Positions 38,700 through 52,159 of a stretch of DNA of 64,000 bases are shown here, piece by piece. Source of the stretch: Octopus sinensis (taxonomy: Eukaryota). The position numbers and the translations under genes are program-made. Each line of letters opens with the position of its first letter. Position 1 is the stretch's first letter. The stretch covers positions 165,540,001-165,604,000 of the forward strand of contig NC_042999.1 of NCBI RefSeq assembly GCF_006345805.1, in the 5' to 3' direction. A model generated the notes under the pieces. It was not told the DNA's origin, did not search any database, and was given only the letters and a program-made list of their open reading frames with translations.

Positions 38700-39165
38700 A
38701 GGGTTTTGTGACATATTAGGAGGTCACCGGAATTTAATGAAAAAAAAAGTTTCCCATGAATGTGGGGAGAGGGGGTCCGGTTTACCCCGCACCTTTTTTT
38801 TTCTGAACAAAAATAATGGGTTTGCTATATATTAGGAGGTCAGGGTACTTGATTCCACACAAAAAAATCCAAGGTTTTTTTTTTCTTAGTGAAAATCAGG
38901 GTGAAATTTCCGAGACTTCCACCTCACCCCACCCTGTTTCCTGGAGCCCAAAAAGGGTTTTTGTAGAATATATTAGGAGGTCACTGGAATTCATTCAATG
39001 AAAATTTTAAAATATCCAATGATTCCAGGATGGGGGGGGGTGTCCCCCTCCTTTTTTCTGAACAAAAATAAGGGGCTTGCAGCATATTAGGAGGTCAGGG
39101 TACATGATTCTATGCAAAAAATCCAAGTTTTTTTTTTTTTTTTTTTTAGTGAAAATTGTGCAGGT
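38700..39165. repeat. Diverged ~270-bp direct duplication inside a larger repeat-like element (38420-39190)
   Basis: tattaggaggtcac.ggaatt and ttttctgaacaaaaataa..tattaggaggtcagggtac.tgattc..aaaaaatccaag each occur twice. Confidence 0.65.
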
Positions 39166-39284
39166 GAAAAGATCAAAATTTACCAAATTCTGAGCTTTCA
39201 AAGTTTACAATATTTTAATGAAATACCTAAAAATAAATATTGTTTTAGTTTATATTAAAGGTAATATAGAAAATAATTACAGAC

Positions 39285-39845
39285 GTGGCTGTATGATAAC
39301 AAGCTTGTTTCCCAACTACATGGTTCCAGGTTCAGTCCCATTACGTGGCACCTTGAGCAAGTGTCTTCTACTATAGTCTCAGGCTGACCAAAGCCCTGTG
39401 AGTGGATTTGGTAACGGAAAACTAAAAGAAGCCTGTTGTGTGTGTACATATATATATATGCGTGTGTGTGTGTCCCACCACTTGACAACCGGTGTTGATG
39501 TGTTTACGTCCTTGTAACTAAGTGGTTTGACAAGACAGAATAAGTACTAGGCTTAAGAAAATAATAATGAAGAGAAATAACCCAGAAATCGCGATACACA
39601 GATATTGTTTTGAGCTGAGTTGGGGTGCTAGATTCCCTTGTTTGAAAATATAAGGACACAAGATCGTGTCATATAGCCAGCTGGAGACAATGTCTCAAGT
39701 ACTGTTGCTGAATATCTCATGTGAGATTTAAAATTAGTGATTTTCTAATTAAGAAAATAAGTCCTAAGGTCAATTTGCTCAACCAGAAAACCTTCAAGGT
39801 GTTGTCCCAACATGGCCACAGTTAAATGAGTGAAACAAATGAAAG
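39285..39845 (+). mobile_element. SINE family A split by a 184-bp insertion with a 12-bp TSD
   Basis: SINE 39285-39564 resumes at 39749. ttaagaaaataa is duplicated at 39553-64 and 39749-60. Confidence 0.7.
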
Positions 39846-40489
39846 ATACAACATAAATTAATACAGATTAGTTTTTAAATAATTTCAATCACTTGTGGTT
39901 GTTTAACTTTTGTTTGAATATTTCTGAAGGTTTATTTATTCAAACATACCTTTTTGTTTTGCTATCTTGTTTTTTTTTTATAAAACATAGATATAGCTAA
40001 TTCATTGGCTTTTAAAATCTTGTATATTTTACATAACTGGAATAACTTATAAATATGTGTGATGGGACCACAGTAAATTCACACAGTGTTGCATCTGTGG
40101 CAGAGATTGATTTCCTGAGTGTAACCACTTTCCTTCAAATTTGTCCTCAATTCTCTTTTGGAAAAGTATGAATTTCATAAATTCTCATTTTCCTTTCTTT
40201 CAAATTCTCAAACAATATGTAATACATATTCATTCATATTGATTTGAATTAATCATGCTTTCGAATTAATCTGTAGCTTTCAGATTTCAATGATGAAAAT
40301 TGTTGATTTTTACAATGACATTGTTAAGTAGGTGTGAGAGGCCAGATCAGGACTATTTGAACATAAAACAAGTAGAAAATTTGGGTCTGGTTTAAATACT
40401 AAAGGGTTAAAACAAATTTTGTTGTATCGTGGGAAGGCCATTACTCCATTAATAGTCATATGCACTGGTTCAATTTCATTCCTTTAATA

Positions 40490-40735
40490 CTACTCCATTG
40501 GTTATTTAACTAATTTATTTAAGCAATTAACTTGTTAACTCAGTTAATCAATCAATTCATTGTTTGTCAAAGTCCTTTCATTGCCATTTGTAATTCTATC
40601 AATGACATGCCCTTGTCACCTCCTGATTTGCTGGCTATGAAAGGACTTTCACAAACAAAGGATTCATTGATTAACCAAGTGATAAAACCAACAATAGATT
40701 AGTTAGTTGCTTAAATAACTATGCAATTGACTAGT
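40490..40735. mobile_element. Old foldback/MITE-like imperfect hairpin
   Basis: gttaatcaat..tgtttgtcaaagtcctttcattgcca is mirrored by tggctatgaaaggactttcacaaaca..attgattaac. Confidence 0.55.
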
Positions 40736-41993
40736 GATACAGAAGTGGAATTGAATAATTGATGCTTATGTTTATTATTGGCATAGTGACCCTGTCAAGA
40801 TAATCTTTCCAGTCATTGTTTAACCACAGATCAGCCTTGATCAAGTAGACCGATTATGACAAGTATTCCAGCTGCAACCATCCCATCCAGTGAATGCAGC
40901 AAAGGGATATGCTAAGACATCCCAAGAGACTACATTTGTTACTGGCTATGCATATAAAATATATTCTTTAATTAATCAATAATTAATAAAGCAATCTTAA
41001 AATGCTCTTTGAAAGTATTACAAATTGGTCGATTTAAAGAAGGTAAGTTATAATTTGAAGGAGTTTTGACTGTTATTTAAAGCAAGTTGAGCTATTATTT
41101 TTACATTTGGATCTTTGGGGTTTTCGTCACTGTTTACAATTCTCTTAAAAAAAATTTTTACTGTATCATATAGATGTAATTTTTGATGCTGGATCCAAAT
41201 TTGTTATTCATTTATTCCAGAAAAATTTTTCAAAAATGTTACAGTTATTCAAAGTTTGACAAAGTTCAGAATTTGCAGCCAATCAGAAAACAGTGCATTC
41301 ACTGCCTCTTCCATCATCTGGTAGGGTGGGGGGTATCAAAGCATTACTACTTCCCTGGTACACACACACATATACACAGAGTTGAAACGCTGATTTTTCT
41401 TTTTCAGTGTTGACTGTTCACCATCCCACTTTCATTGCACACACACACACACACATACAAACAATCACATATTGCCCTTTTACATACACACACATACTCA
41501 CACAGAATTGAAATGCTCCCATTACCAGTTTGCCATCACTCCTTCCTTCCTTCCTTATTCATCTATCACCTCTTCCTTTCTCATTCATCTATCACCCCTT
41601 CCTTTCTCATTCATATGTTGTGACAGAGAAAAACACAAGAGTATTATTATTGTAAGAAGATTATCTTTCTCGTATCTACTTCCCCTCCTTGTGTGCATGT
41701 GCAGCATCTTTGGTTACTATGGAAACAGAACTTTTCGCCACGGTGATGTGTAAAATGCTCACTTCTGATTGGCTAAAATACCCAAATTTTGCAAATATTA
41801 AAGGCTAATAACTTTTTAATTATGGATTTATAGGAAAAATTAATTTCCTTTTCATAATTAATATATAAAACTTAATCCATGTACCAAATTTGAAAACAAC
41901 CGGAACATTAATTTGATATGTAAAACAAAAATTCACCAACAGGACTCAACTATGCATGTGTCAGTTGCTGTGTGGCCATATTCCTGATTACAT

Positions 41994-42038
<45 letters not shown>

Positions 42039-43087
42039 ATGCTATAGAAACGTCTATTAGCAACTAAATGAACTTTTCATAATCTGAAATTGGTACTTAT
42101 AAGGTGTAATGTAATGTTTTATATCCATACATGTGTTGTGTGTAGTTAAACATCTGTTTATATACCTTGTTGACTAGTTTAAGTTGTTTTACTAACAAAT
42201 CATATCCAATTTTTTTTATGTCTAAAATTAGTTATTGATAATAACCATCATCCTTCATAGGATCAAAGGCAACTCCTGCCAAACTATAGCTGAAGTCAGG
42301 ACATCCCATCCTCAAGAAAAAAGTTGGAAGATAAAATTAAATGGGTGGTGGGAAAGATATTTAATATAGTGAACAAAAAAGAAAATAAAAAAATTTAATC
42401 AATTAAATATCTGTAATATAAAAATTATTATTTTTTTATGATCAATTATGATCATCCAAATTAATTAAAAATTAAATAAGGTTGTAAGTATGTTGATAAC
42501 TCCAAACATGTTCCTTTATTACTAGACTTTCACAACACAACATACATAGTTATGTGCTCTAGGTTATTGCAAGATATAAAGATTTTGAGTAAATAAACTC
42601 TGGCTGATTGCACAACTTAAAATAATAACTGGATAAAATGTCTTAGGGTTATCTTCCAAACAAAGAACATATTGTTAAGTGAAGAATAACATAATATTGT
42701 TATTGAAAACAAAAAGAAAATGTTTGATCTCTTCACCTGTATAAAGAGGAAAATCGTTTGTTTTAAAAATTAATTCTGATAAATAAAGTCAATGGAGACA
42801 ACTTTGAAAACCATTTGAATAGGAAGATGAAAGAAGATAATGCTGCCCTCAGCTTTATGGTAACTGGGACACTTTTAATGTTTAACTGACTACCTGGTGA
42901 AGATTAAAATTAAAAGTGTCTGAAATCTGTTTAAAAATTTAAGACAAGACTTGAAATAAATTCATCCTTAAAATTGAATGTACAACGTTAAAATCCTGCA
43001 CTTGATACCAGAACATTTTAATTTACCTTTCACCAGCTGGTCTTGTGCCAAAATTTGAAACCAATTTATCTTTAACTTAGACACATC

Positions 43088-43778
43088 TTCACTCCCCTTT
43101 CTCTGTCACTCTCCTTTCTCTTTCACTCCCCTTTCTCTTTCACTCTCCTTTCTCTTTCACTCCCCTTTCTCTTTCACTCCCCTTTCTCTTTCACTCCCCT
43201 TTCTCTTTCACTCTCCTTTCTCTTTCACTCTCCTTTCTCTTTCACTCTCCTTTCTCTTTCACTCTCCTTTCTCTTTCACTCCCCTTTCTCTTTCACTCCC
43301 TTTTCTCTTTCACTCCCCTTTCTCTTTCACTCCCCTTTCTCTTTCACTCTCCTTTCTCTTTCACTCTCCTTTCTCTTTCACTCCCCTTTCTCTCTCACTC
43401 CCCTTTCTCTTTCACTCCCTTTCTCTTTCACTCTCCCCTTTCTCTTTCACTCCCCTTCTCTTTCACTCCCCTTCTCTTTCACTCCCCTTCTCTTTCACTC
43501 TCTTTCTCTTTCACTCCCTTTCTTTCACTCCCCTTTCTCTTTCACTCCCCTTTCTCTTTCACTCCCCTTTCTCTTTCACTCCCCTTTCTCTTTCACTCCC
43601 CTTTCTCTTTCACTCTCCTTTCTCTTTCACTCCCCTTTCTCTTTCACTCTCCTTTCTCTTTCACTCCCCTTTCTCTTTCACTCCCCTTTCTCTTTCACTC
43701 CCCTTTCTCTTTCACTCTCCTTTCTCTTTCACTCCCCTTTCTCTTTCACTCCCCTTTCTCTTTCACTCTCCTTTCTCT
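43088..43778. repeat. 17-bp pyrimidine-rich minisatellite, about 40 units
   Basis: Unit cactcccctttctcttt with interspersed variant cactctcctttctcttt. Confidence 0.92.
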
Positions 43779-44039
43779 CTCCTTTTCCAACAAGGGTAAC
43801 CATGTAACAGCACATGATTTCGTTTTTTGCCCTACATATGTTTGGTCACTCCTTACTTAGATATTTCTTCTTTCATTAAGGTTTCACTAAGTTTCTCTAT
43901 TCTGACCTCCTGCAATTCCCAGTTTCTTAAATGACCTGCTACAAATGAATGAATGTTCTTTATGCATTTCTTATGTTCTAGCTGTTCCTGGGTAAATTTA
44001 ACTTTGGTAGGGAATCTGAAAAATGTGGTGTTACATACT

Positions 44040-44448
44040 CATTCTCTTTTTCTCTTTTTACTTGTTTCAGTCATATGACTGCGGCCATGCTGGAGCACCG
44101 CCTTTAGTCGAGCAAATCGACCCTGGGACTTATTCTTTGTAAGCCCAGTACTTATTCTATCGGTCTCTTTTGCCGAACCGCTAAGTGACGGGGACGTAAA
44201 CACACCAGCATCGGTTGTCAAGCAATGCTAGGGGAACAAACACAGACACACAAACACATACACTTATATATATATACATATATACGACAGGCTTCTTTCA
44301 GTTTCCGTCTACCAAATCCACTCACAAGGCTTTGGTCGGCCCAAGGCTATAGCAGAAGACACTTGCCCAAGATGCCACGCAGTGGGACTGAACCCAGAAC
44401 CATGTGGTTGGTAGGCAAGCTACTTACCACACAGCCACTCCTGCGCCT
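44040..44448 (-). mobile_element. Full-length SINE family A
   Basis: Reverse complement of 14299-14718 along its whole length. Confidence 0.85.
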
Positions 44449-44879
44449 AAATTTTTAAATTTAACTCTCTAAATTTTTTCAGACAATCTCTTTCAATAAG
44501 GAGGGATGCACTTTTGAGGTAACTCATTTTTTTCTGTATAAGCTAATATGTTGGTACAGATATATTGGTGTTTAGCCAGTGTCATTGGCATTTGACAATT
44601 TTTTTTTCTTTTAACAGCTTATGGCTGTTAAGATTCATAGTTTAAGTTGTTATTGTTTATCTCCTTAGTCAGTCCTCATTGCACAGAACTATAATCAAAG
44701 ATGTTCCACCTTTAACTGTTCCATAGTTTTTTCAGGCTGTATGCATCTAGAACCACATCATGTAATGTATTAGTTGCTTTTTAAGGTGTAGGGTATGACT
44801 TGAGAGGTATAGTTGCTTAAATAACTGCATAAAGAATGTTGTAGTTAGTACCATTGTTCTGATATAGTAAGTCTTGCTT

Positions 44880-45240
44880 CTATTTGTTGCTGTTGTTTAC
44901 CTTGGGTAAATTGTACTGATGTGCATAGTGAGTTCATGGGGTTTACAAAAATGTGGCTATCCTTTTAATGTTTCCTATAAGTTAACAAAGCTGCAGGTTT
45001 CAGTATTGTACTTTAGTACAGCTAGTCTAGATATTTGCTATTGCTACTAATAATGTTGTGCCCATAGTCATCCTTCTTAATTGTTGGCAAATCTCATTAT
45101 TGCTTTGGAAATTAGTCATTCTTAGGTATGTTGTTAACATCTCCATCATCCTATCATTTGGTATTTTAGTGTATTTGTGGAGCTGTCTTTTTCTTATCTT
45201 GTTCTGAGAACTATAATACTTCATATGATCCCAACAAAAA
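44880..45240 (-). mobile_element. Decayed Penelope-like reverse transcriptase remnant
   Basis: GSYEVL..., MMEMLTTYLRMTNFQSNNEICQQLRRMTMGTTLLVAIANI and ..NSLCTSVQFT resemble PLE RT motifs (SFDV.SL; ELL..CL..TYFQFNG..YQQ..G.AMGSP.S...ANI; N...PSIQFT). Confidence 0.6.
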
Positions 45241-46838
45241 TTCTAATCATTTTTAATGACTCATACAAACATTTAATGTTTCATATATTTCCTGGCATAT
45301 GACCTTGTGCTAGTTATGAGATACAACTCAAGATTTTCTTTAACCAAAACATTAGTATCAGTATCCATTCAGCAACTGCAAACCTTAAATAAAAGCCTGC
45401 TCAGAATTTAGCATGGTGCCTAAGCAGAAAGATGTAGGGTGATGAACAAGAAATAGAGAATTATAGATGTTATATAATTTCAAAATTGTATAGACTGGCT
45501 AAGTTCCTGCAAGCATGTTGGAATAACTATCACACTTCATGCTGATCATTTTTTTATTTATTTTTCTCAAAATGTATTATAGCCACAGCAAATTTTTCAA
45601 TCAGTATTTGTTACCTAAACATACTACCACCCTGTTTCTTCTCATTTCTTTAACATATACAAATATTTCTCAAAGATAAAAAGTCTCATGCACATTATAA
45701 AAATTGGTTTGCCAAATATAAGAGAGTGGTATGTTACAAATGAAAATGAAAAACTTGTGATTCACGAACAATAAAGAGCTAACATATGTTTCTGCTTGTG
45801 AGCCTGCAATTGATAAAATTCTAATCTTATCTTGAATTTTTAGCTAAATTGTTCTTAACTTGATTCATTTGACTTGATAAAGTAGCTAAAATTAGAATTA
45901 AAGTTAAACAAGATTAATATCTTATTAAGGATGCAAGAAGATTTTAGTGATAGCAAAGACTAGTTATCTTGATAAAAATTGTTAAATACAAGAATTGTTT
46001 TGTGAAGTGACAAGCTCCAAAAACTCAGCTACTAGCACTAGTTGCACAGATACAACTATCAAGTTGCACTAAATAACTTATTTCCTGTAAAAACAGTCTC
46101 CACTTAAAGTCTGTGAGTCAGTCAAGTTATACCAAGAATTTAAGTATAACTTTTTCTGTGATTTGATGTTTTGTTTATTTCTCAAACAATAGCTCAGAAT
46201 TTAGAATCACTAATGAACTACTGTAATTTAATTTATTTTTGTCTTTCTTTTTGTATGGTTGTTATTAAATAATTTATTTTCTTAACTTGACGAAAATTCT
46301 CACCTTAGCATAATGTTTTTTTTTTCTGTTAATTATACTACTGCTGTGTCCAAAATATGTTATTTTTACAATCATTAAGAGAGTATTTGGCTGAGATTAT
46401 AGAATACAAGTAAACAAATTATTACTTTATATCAAACTTGGGTGTAAAAAGTATCTTTAATTGAATCTTGTTTAAAACTTTTTACTGAACAACATCCCTA
46501 TTTAATCAGCAGTGTTTTGATTTAATCTATGGTGTAAGGCTTTCTAACCCTTAAAAGACAATCAGATCCATCATTTTTTTTATTAAAAAGAAGACAGGTT
46601 GCATCTCATCAATAATACCTGTACATTTTTTTTTTTGTCTATTATGATTCAAACATTTTTTGCAGAATTTTAAGGCATCCTTATTGTTTTTTTATCTCAT
46701 AAGAAATGGCTTTGTCTTCTTAACCATTTTCCAGGGACTATAAATGGAGCTGTGTATATCATCTACTGGTAGTTCTCTCCACAAATAACATTTCTATCTT
46801 TTCATGAAATTAATCACAAATTCACACTACAGACATAT

Positions 46839-46909
<71 letters not shown>

Positions 46910-49326
46910 CACATTATTTATAAGTTTGTTATTTTAGATTTCCCAGGATTTGGGTTACACTTCAGAATATGCTTTAATATTACGTACATATTAATGCTTA
47001 TCCAAGAGGCTAGAATCAGTTGATTGTGCTGGGCAGTTTGGGCAGCAAACCTGTTAAAGTTATAATTCTCATCTATGAAAAGATATTTCAGAAATCAAAA
47101 ACAGTGAATCTGACTCTGATATACTGGCACAGTTATTTTAATTAATTATCAATTAGATTATATCTAAATCGATAGTTGATGAGTCAACTATCAACTCTTC
47201 CAAAGAGCTATCAGTTGATAGTTGATGAGTCAAGTATCAGCTCTTCCAAAGAGCCTCTCAACTTAATCAGTATAGTCACCAAATATCCCTCTAATAATCT
47301 CCTTATCTTTTTTTAAAATGGGAACTACATATTCTAAAACTTTATCTCTGGAGACATCATACTTAATATAGAAGACAAGATAACCATTGCTAACAATTCA
47401 TTCACATGTTTTATTCAATCATCTGTCTTTGTACTATATAGCAATTACAACTGATGAGGTATATTCAACAACACCAATAACCATTCTAAAGCCATTAATC
47501 ATGCATGATTTCGCCTTCAATGAAATTCAGGCAAGATATATATTATTCTATAGTAGTTTGTAGTTTCTTTAGAGTGACAAATTAATCAATTCATGAAAAG
47601 CTACAAGTATTTTTTCCAGTATGCAAGAGAGACAGGTAATTAGGTGAGCAGGTAGTGAAATATAGGGAAGGGTGAAAGATATAGAGAGGAAGATATTACA
47701 TGATTAAGTAAGAAAATAAGGAAGGAAAACTGGAACAAAAAAAAAATAGAGCTCTACAGTAGAGAAGGGCAATTTGAAAGGTAATATATTAAAATATCTG
47801 GTGGGACAAAAATAGAAAGGGATGATGCAAACTGATAGAGTTGACAAAGGACAAAAATGAAAGTGCAAGGAAAAAATAAAGAATCAAGAAAATGCAGAAG
47901 AGAGTATGTGAATAATAAAGTGTGTATGCATTGATGTATGAACAGAAAATTACTAATGAAAAAGTGGAGACAGACAGTAACAGAGAGAAGGGGGAAGAAA
48001 TGAAAGCAACAAAGAAAGAGAGATTGCATGACTGTAAGGGAAAAGGAAAGAGAGAACGCAGGAAAAGCCATTGGGAAGACAGGAATGAACATGAGAATAA
48101 GGAAGTGTTTAGATAAGAGAAGTTACAGTGAAAGAGAGAGAGAGAAAGAGAATAACCAGGAGAGATGCTAGGAAGAAATAGAGAAGATGAGAACATATTT
48201 TGAGAGGGATATGAGTGAGGAAGATAGAGTAAGGAGAAAGGAGAAAAGAGAAATTCAGAACGTATTTTGTGATTGATGAGTGAGAAAGAGTTGTAATCAG
48301 AGAAAGAAAGTAAAAATGTATAATGAGAGATAATTGAGAAAGATAGAGTAATATTTTTAATGCTGGTACTTTTTTACCATTGTGTGGCAAGGAATGCTAT
48401 CTATATCTCTAAATTTTATCTAAAATTTATGTTTCCATTATATATTCCATATTTAAATAATCTATTTTGACAAGCGCTCTGCTAGCTTTCATTATAATCC
48501 AGTCATTTTCTATTTTTTTTTTTATATAAAGTCACTGAAATCATGTAAACAAGATCTAAATTAAACATATAAGAATGAACTTTTATCTTCTTTTAACCAA
48601 ATATCATAACAACATTCTAACCTTCCTAGAAAAAAAACAACAAAAAACCAGATACCTTATCTTCGTAAAACTAAAACCGCATGCCAAACTTTTCATCTCT
48701 TTTGCTTTCTTTTATTAAATTTTTTGTTCTTTTCTTCTAGTTTCCTCGTTATCCTACAAATTTATTAGTTGTTACATGTTATTCTCTAATTTCATTATTA
48801 AAAAAAACATTAAAAAAAAGCAGAAAACAGTTTTCTTAATTTCTCCAGGTATTTCAAATTAAAGTTAATAAATGGCTTTTTGAAACCACTTGAAGGCTCT
48901 CACTGAGAGGTCTAATTTAAATAGCATCTATGATATTTTTGAAGTAAATCTAGATTTCTGAAATATCTTATCTAACAAATTTGAGGATGAGCTACTTGGG
49001 GTACCATTTTATTACCTCCTGTGAAGATCTTCCATCATTTTTCTTTAGATCCACCCTTTTTCATCTATTCCGTTATTGCATGAAATTCAAGTATAATCAT
49101 AGAAACTATCCATTTTGAATATAATTCAAATAAATCTCTTTGAGATACCCAGTCAAAGTAAACTTCAGGGAGAAGTTATAATTCTGCACCCACACATCAT
49201 TTCTTAGAAATTGTTTTCCAAAACTGAAAATATTCCACAGTTGCTATTTTGTTTCTCACTCTGCCAACTCACTGATATATCAAAGAAAATGTGTGTGTCT
49301 GTGTCTGTGTGTGTGTGTGTGTGTGT

Positions 49327-49364
<38 letters not shown>

Positions 49365-49591
49365 TGTGTGTGTGTGTGTGAACACTTAATAACTTATAAA
49401 CATCTAATTATTAAAGTGGAAAAATTATTAGAAAAGCCATTTCTATTAATTTTTTCAAATATATTATGTTGTACCAAGGACTTTCTATTTCCTATTCTAC
49501 TATATAAGTGTGTGTGTATGTGTGTGTGTGTGTATGGCCCAAGACCTCTTAAAAAAGCATTTTTTTAAGAGGTCTTGGGCCAACAGGATTT

Positions 49592-49648
49592 GGGAATCTG
49601 ACGATATGTCATAAAGCTAAACCCTTTATGGACAGGAAAGTTAATCCC
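49592..49648 (+). ncRNA. Hammerhead-like motif, family E
   Basis: gggaat CUGACGA ta tgtc-ataaag-ctaaacc-ctttat-g-gaca g GAAA g UU aatccc. The core is canonical but stem III is almost absent. A 21-bp-arm hairpin (49536-49581) lies just upstream. Confidence 0.45.
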
Positions 49649-49850
49649 ATAAACTGGCCTGCCCTATTTTTAATATATACTACTCTACATCTTAGAGTGT
49701 GCTTCTTCTTTCAGATTTATGTTCTTTTACAAACAATATATATATATATATATATATACATATACAATACAATACAATACAATACATACATACATACATA
49801 CATACATACATACATACAAACATACATACATACATACATACATACATACA

Positions 49851-49880
<30 letters not shown>

Positions 49881-49882
<2 letters not shown>

Positions 49883-50420
49883 CAAGGATCAGATAAAAAG
49901 TTCATTGGCTAATCAAGATATTCTCATGTGATGTGACCAAATAAGTTTTATTTTTCAACAGGGTCCCCCCTCCTTGCAATCCACATACTTCTTCCATCAT
50001 TGTTGCAGTGCATGTGTCCCACTGGTGAAAAAGCTTTCATCATATTGGTTGAAAAACAGTAGATATAACATCATTACCACTGCTATACTGGTTCCCAGCC
50101 AAGTTCTTTTTTTCATGATGGGGAACAGATGATAGTCAGATGGAGAGAAATAAGGAGAATAGGGAGGGTGATCAACAGTCATGCACAGCAATGATTAAAG
50201 GTAAAAACTTGTGGACTAAAGAATTATCTTGATTAAACAAGACCCCTTTTGTAAGTTTTTCTGGGCATTTGGTCTTGATAGCCTTTCATAACAGCCTCAT
50301 CAAGTTGACATAGTGGTCTCCATTGATAGTGTGGCCCTTTTGAAGATAGTCAGTAAACCAACACTTCGAATTCTGCACATACTCATGAATTGGATGTTTT
50401 ACAAACCCCTTTGAAGGAAT
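49881..50420 (-). mobile_element. Decayed mariner element, 3' half
   Basis: HPPYSPYFSPSDYHLFPIMKK corresponds to the mariner HPPYSPDLAPSDY motif. Upstream DYL...T(I)NG..Y-like remnant; TIR-like tacaaggatcagataaaaagtt at 49881. Confidence 0.8.
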
Positions 50421-50450
50421 TCCTTTCCTTAGTTTGTTACTATATATATA

Positions 50451-50586
50451 GTAACGGGAAACTCAGAGTAACAGGTTTTGTTGAATTTTCTGCTGCTTTA
50501 AATAAAGTATATATGTATATATATATATATACACACACATAAATACATTCATATATATATATATACAGACACACATACATACATTC

Positions 50587-50617
<31 letters not shown>

Positions 50618-51266
50618 TACATACATATGTATATACACACATATATATATATATACATATACATATATATATATATATATATATTTACACAGAATTTGAG
50701 GAAGCAATATCCACGTAAGGGATTGTTAGAAACAATCCTGATGCCAACTGGGTTTAACCAAATATATTGATAGGAAGATCATCAATATATGAGTATAAAC
50801 AGTCTCATAAAATTTAAAAAGTCAATAAAAGAAAATGGAGAAGAAAAATTAAAAAGATGCTTGTTTTATTTAGTTGTATTACCATTGGAAAAGCAATGCG
50901 AATTAAAAGATGCAAAAATATACCTATATGAGTATAAAAGGAACCACCTCAACCAACAAAATACCCCCAAAGTATCCAAAACTAGATATTCTACATATAT
51001 TTGTTTCGATATAACAATATTTAAGAATCATCAATAATTTTAAAAGATGCAATAATCTGTATATTGTTAGATCTCTTCAGGAAAAATAAGTATATTTTAG
51101 TCTTGAGCCATGAAATTACTTATTTGACTCATTTGAGGATAATGTTAGATATTTTCAAATGTAAACAAACTTACTTTAAAAGATGCGTAGTTCATGTGCT
51201 TAGAATTTATCATTTAAAATTTAGCCAATACTGAAAGCCAAAGCGATACTCAAACATCAAATCCAT

Positions 51267-51302
<36 letters not shown>

Positions 51303-52116
51303 TATGGATTTGATGTTTGAGTAGCGCTTTGGCTTTCAGTATTGGCTAAATTTTAAATGATAAATTTCTAAGCACATGAACTACGCATCTTTTAAAGTAA
51401 GTTTGTTTACATTTGAAAATATCTAACATTATCCTCAAATGAGTCAAATAAGTAATTTCATGGCTCAAGACTAAAATATACTTATTTTTCCTGAAGAGAT
51501 CTAACAATATACAGATTATTGCATCTTTTAAAATTATTGATGATTCTTAAATATTGTTATATCGAAACAAATATGTAGAATATCTAGTTTTGGATACTTG
51601 GGGGTATTTTGTTGGTTGAGGTGGTTCCTTTTATACTCATATAGGTATATTTTTGCATCTTTTAATTCGCATTGCTTTTCCAATGGTAATACAACTAAAT
51701 AAAACAAGCATCTTTTTAATTTTTCTTCTCCATTTTCTTTTATTGACTTTTTAAATTTTATGAGACTGTTTATACTCATATATTGATGATCTTCCTATCA
51801 ATATATTTGGTTAAACCCAGTTGGCATCAGGATTGTTTCTAACAATCCCTTACGTGGATATTGCTTCCTCAAATTCTGTGTAAATATATATATATATATA
51901 TATATGTATATGTATATATATATATATGTGTGTATATACATATGTATGTATGTATGTGTGTGTGTATATTATATATATATGAATGTATGTATGTGTGTCT
52001 GTATATATATATATATGAATGTATTTATGTGTGTGTATATATATATATATACATATATACTTTATTTAAAGCAGCAGAAAATTCAACAAAACCTGTTACT
52101 CTGAGTTTCCCGTTGC
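50451..52116. repeat. 1.67-kb near-perfect palindrome centred on a (TA)n tract
   Basis: Arms of about 830 bp. The ORF track shows mirror ORFs 50789-51037(+) and 51534-51779(-). Visible differences are mostly 1-2-nt indels. Both outer ends are family-D sequence. Confidence 0.95.
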
Positions 52117-52121
52117 AAAAA

Positions 52122-52159
52122 CTGCCCGATGAACGGCAACGGGAAACTCAGAGTAACAG
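52122..52159 (+). ncRNA. Minimal type I hammerhead motif, family D (U4C core)
   Basis: ctgc CCGAUGA acg-GCAA-cgg GAAA CUC-A-GAG UA acag. GNRA-capped stem II, the same stem III as family A, predicted cut after GUA (52155). One mismatch each at the base of stems I and II. Confidence 0.55.

Noticed and set aside
46735-46768. Possible 34-bp plus-strand exon (ttttccag|GGACT..ACTG|gtagtt; TINGAVYIIY)
   Set aside because: The donor is weak and no partner exons were found; it cannot be supported without RNA data.
47640-48390. Long hydrophobic ORFs on the minus strand (47754-48390)
   Set aside because: They arise from a GA-rich low-complexity tract and show no domain signal or splice support.
50789-51779. 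Mirror 81-82-aa ORFs in the large palindrome
   Set aside because: No recognisable domain, the frames differ between arms, and composition matches AT-rich non-coding DNA.
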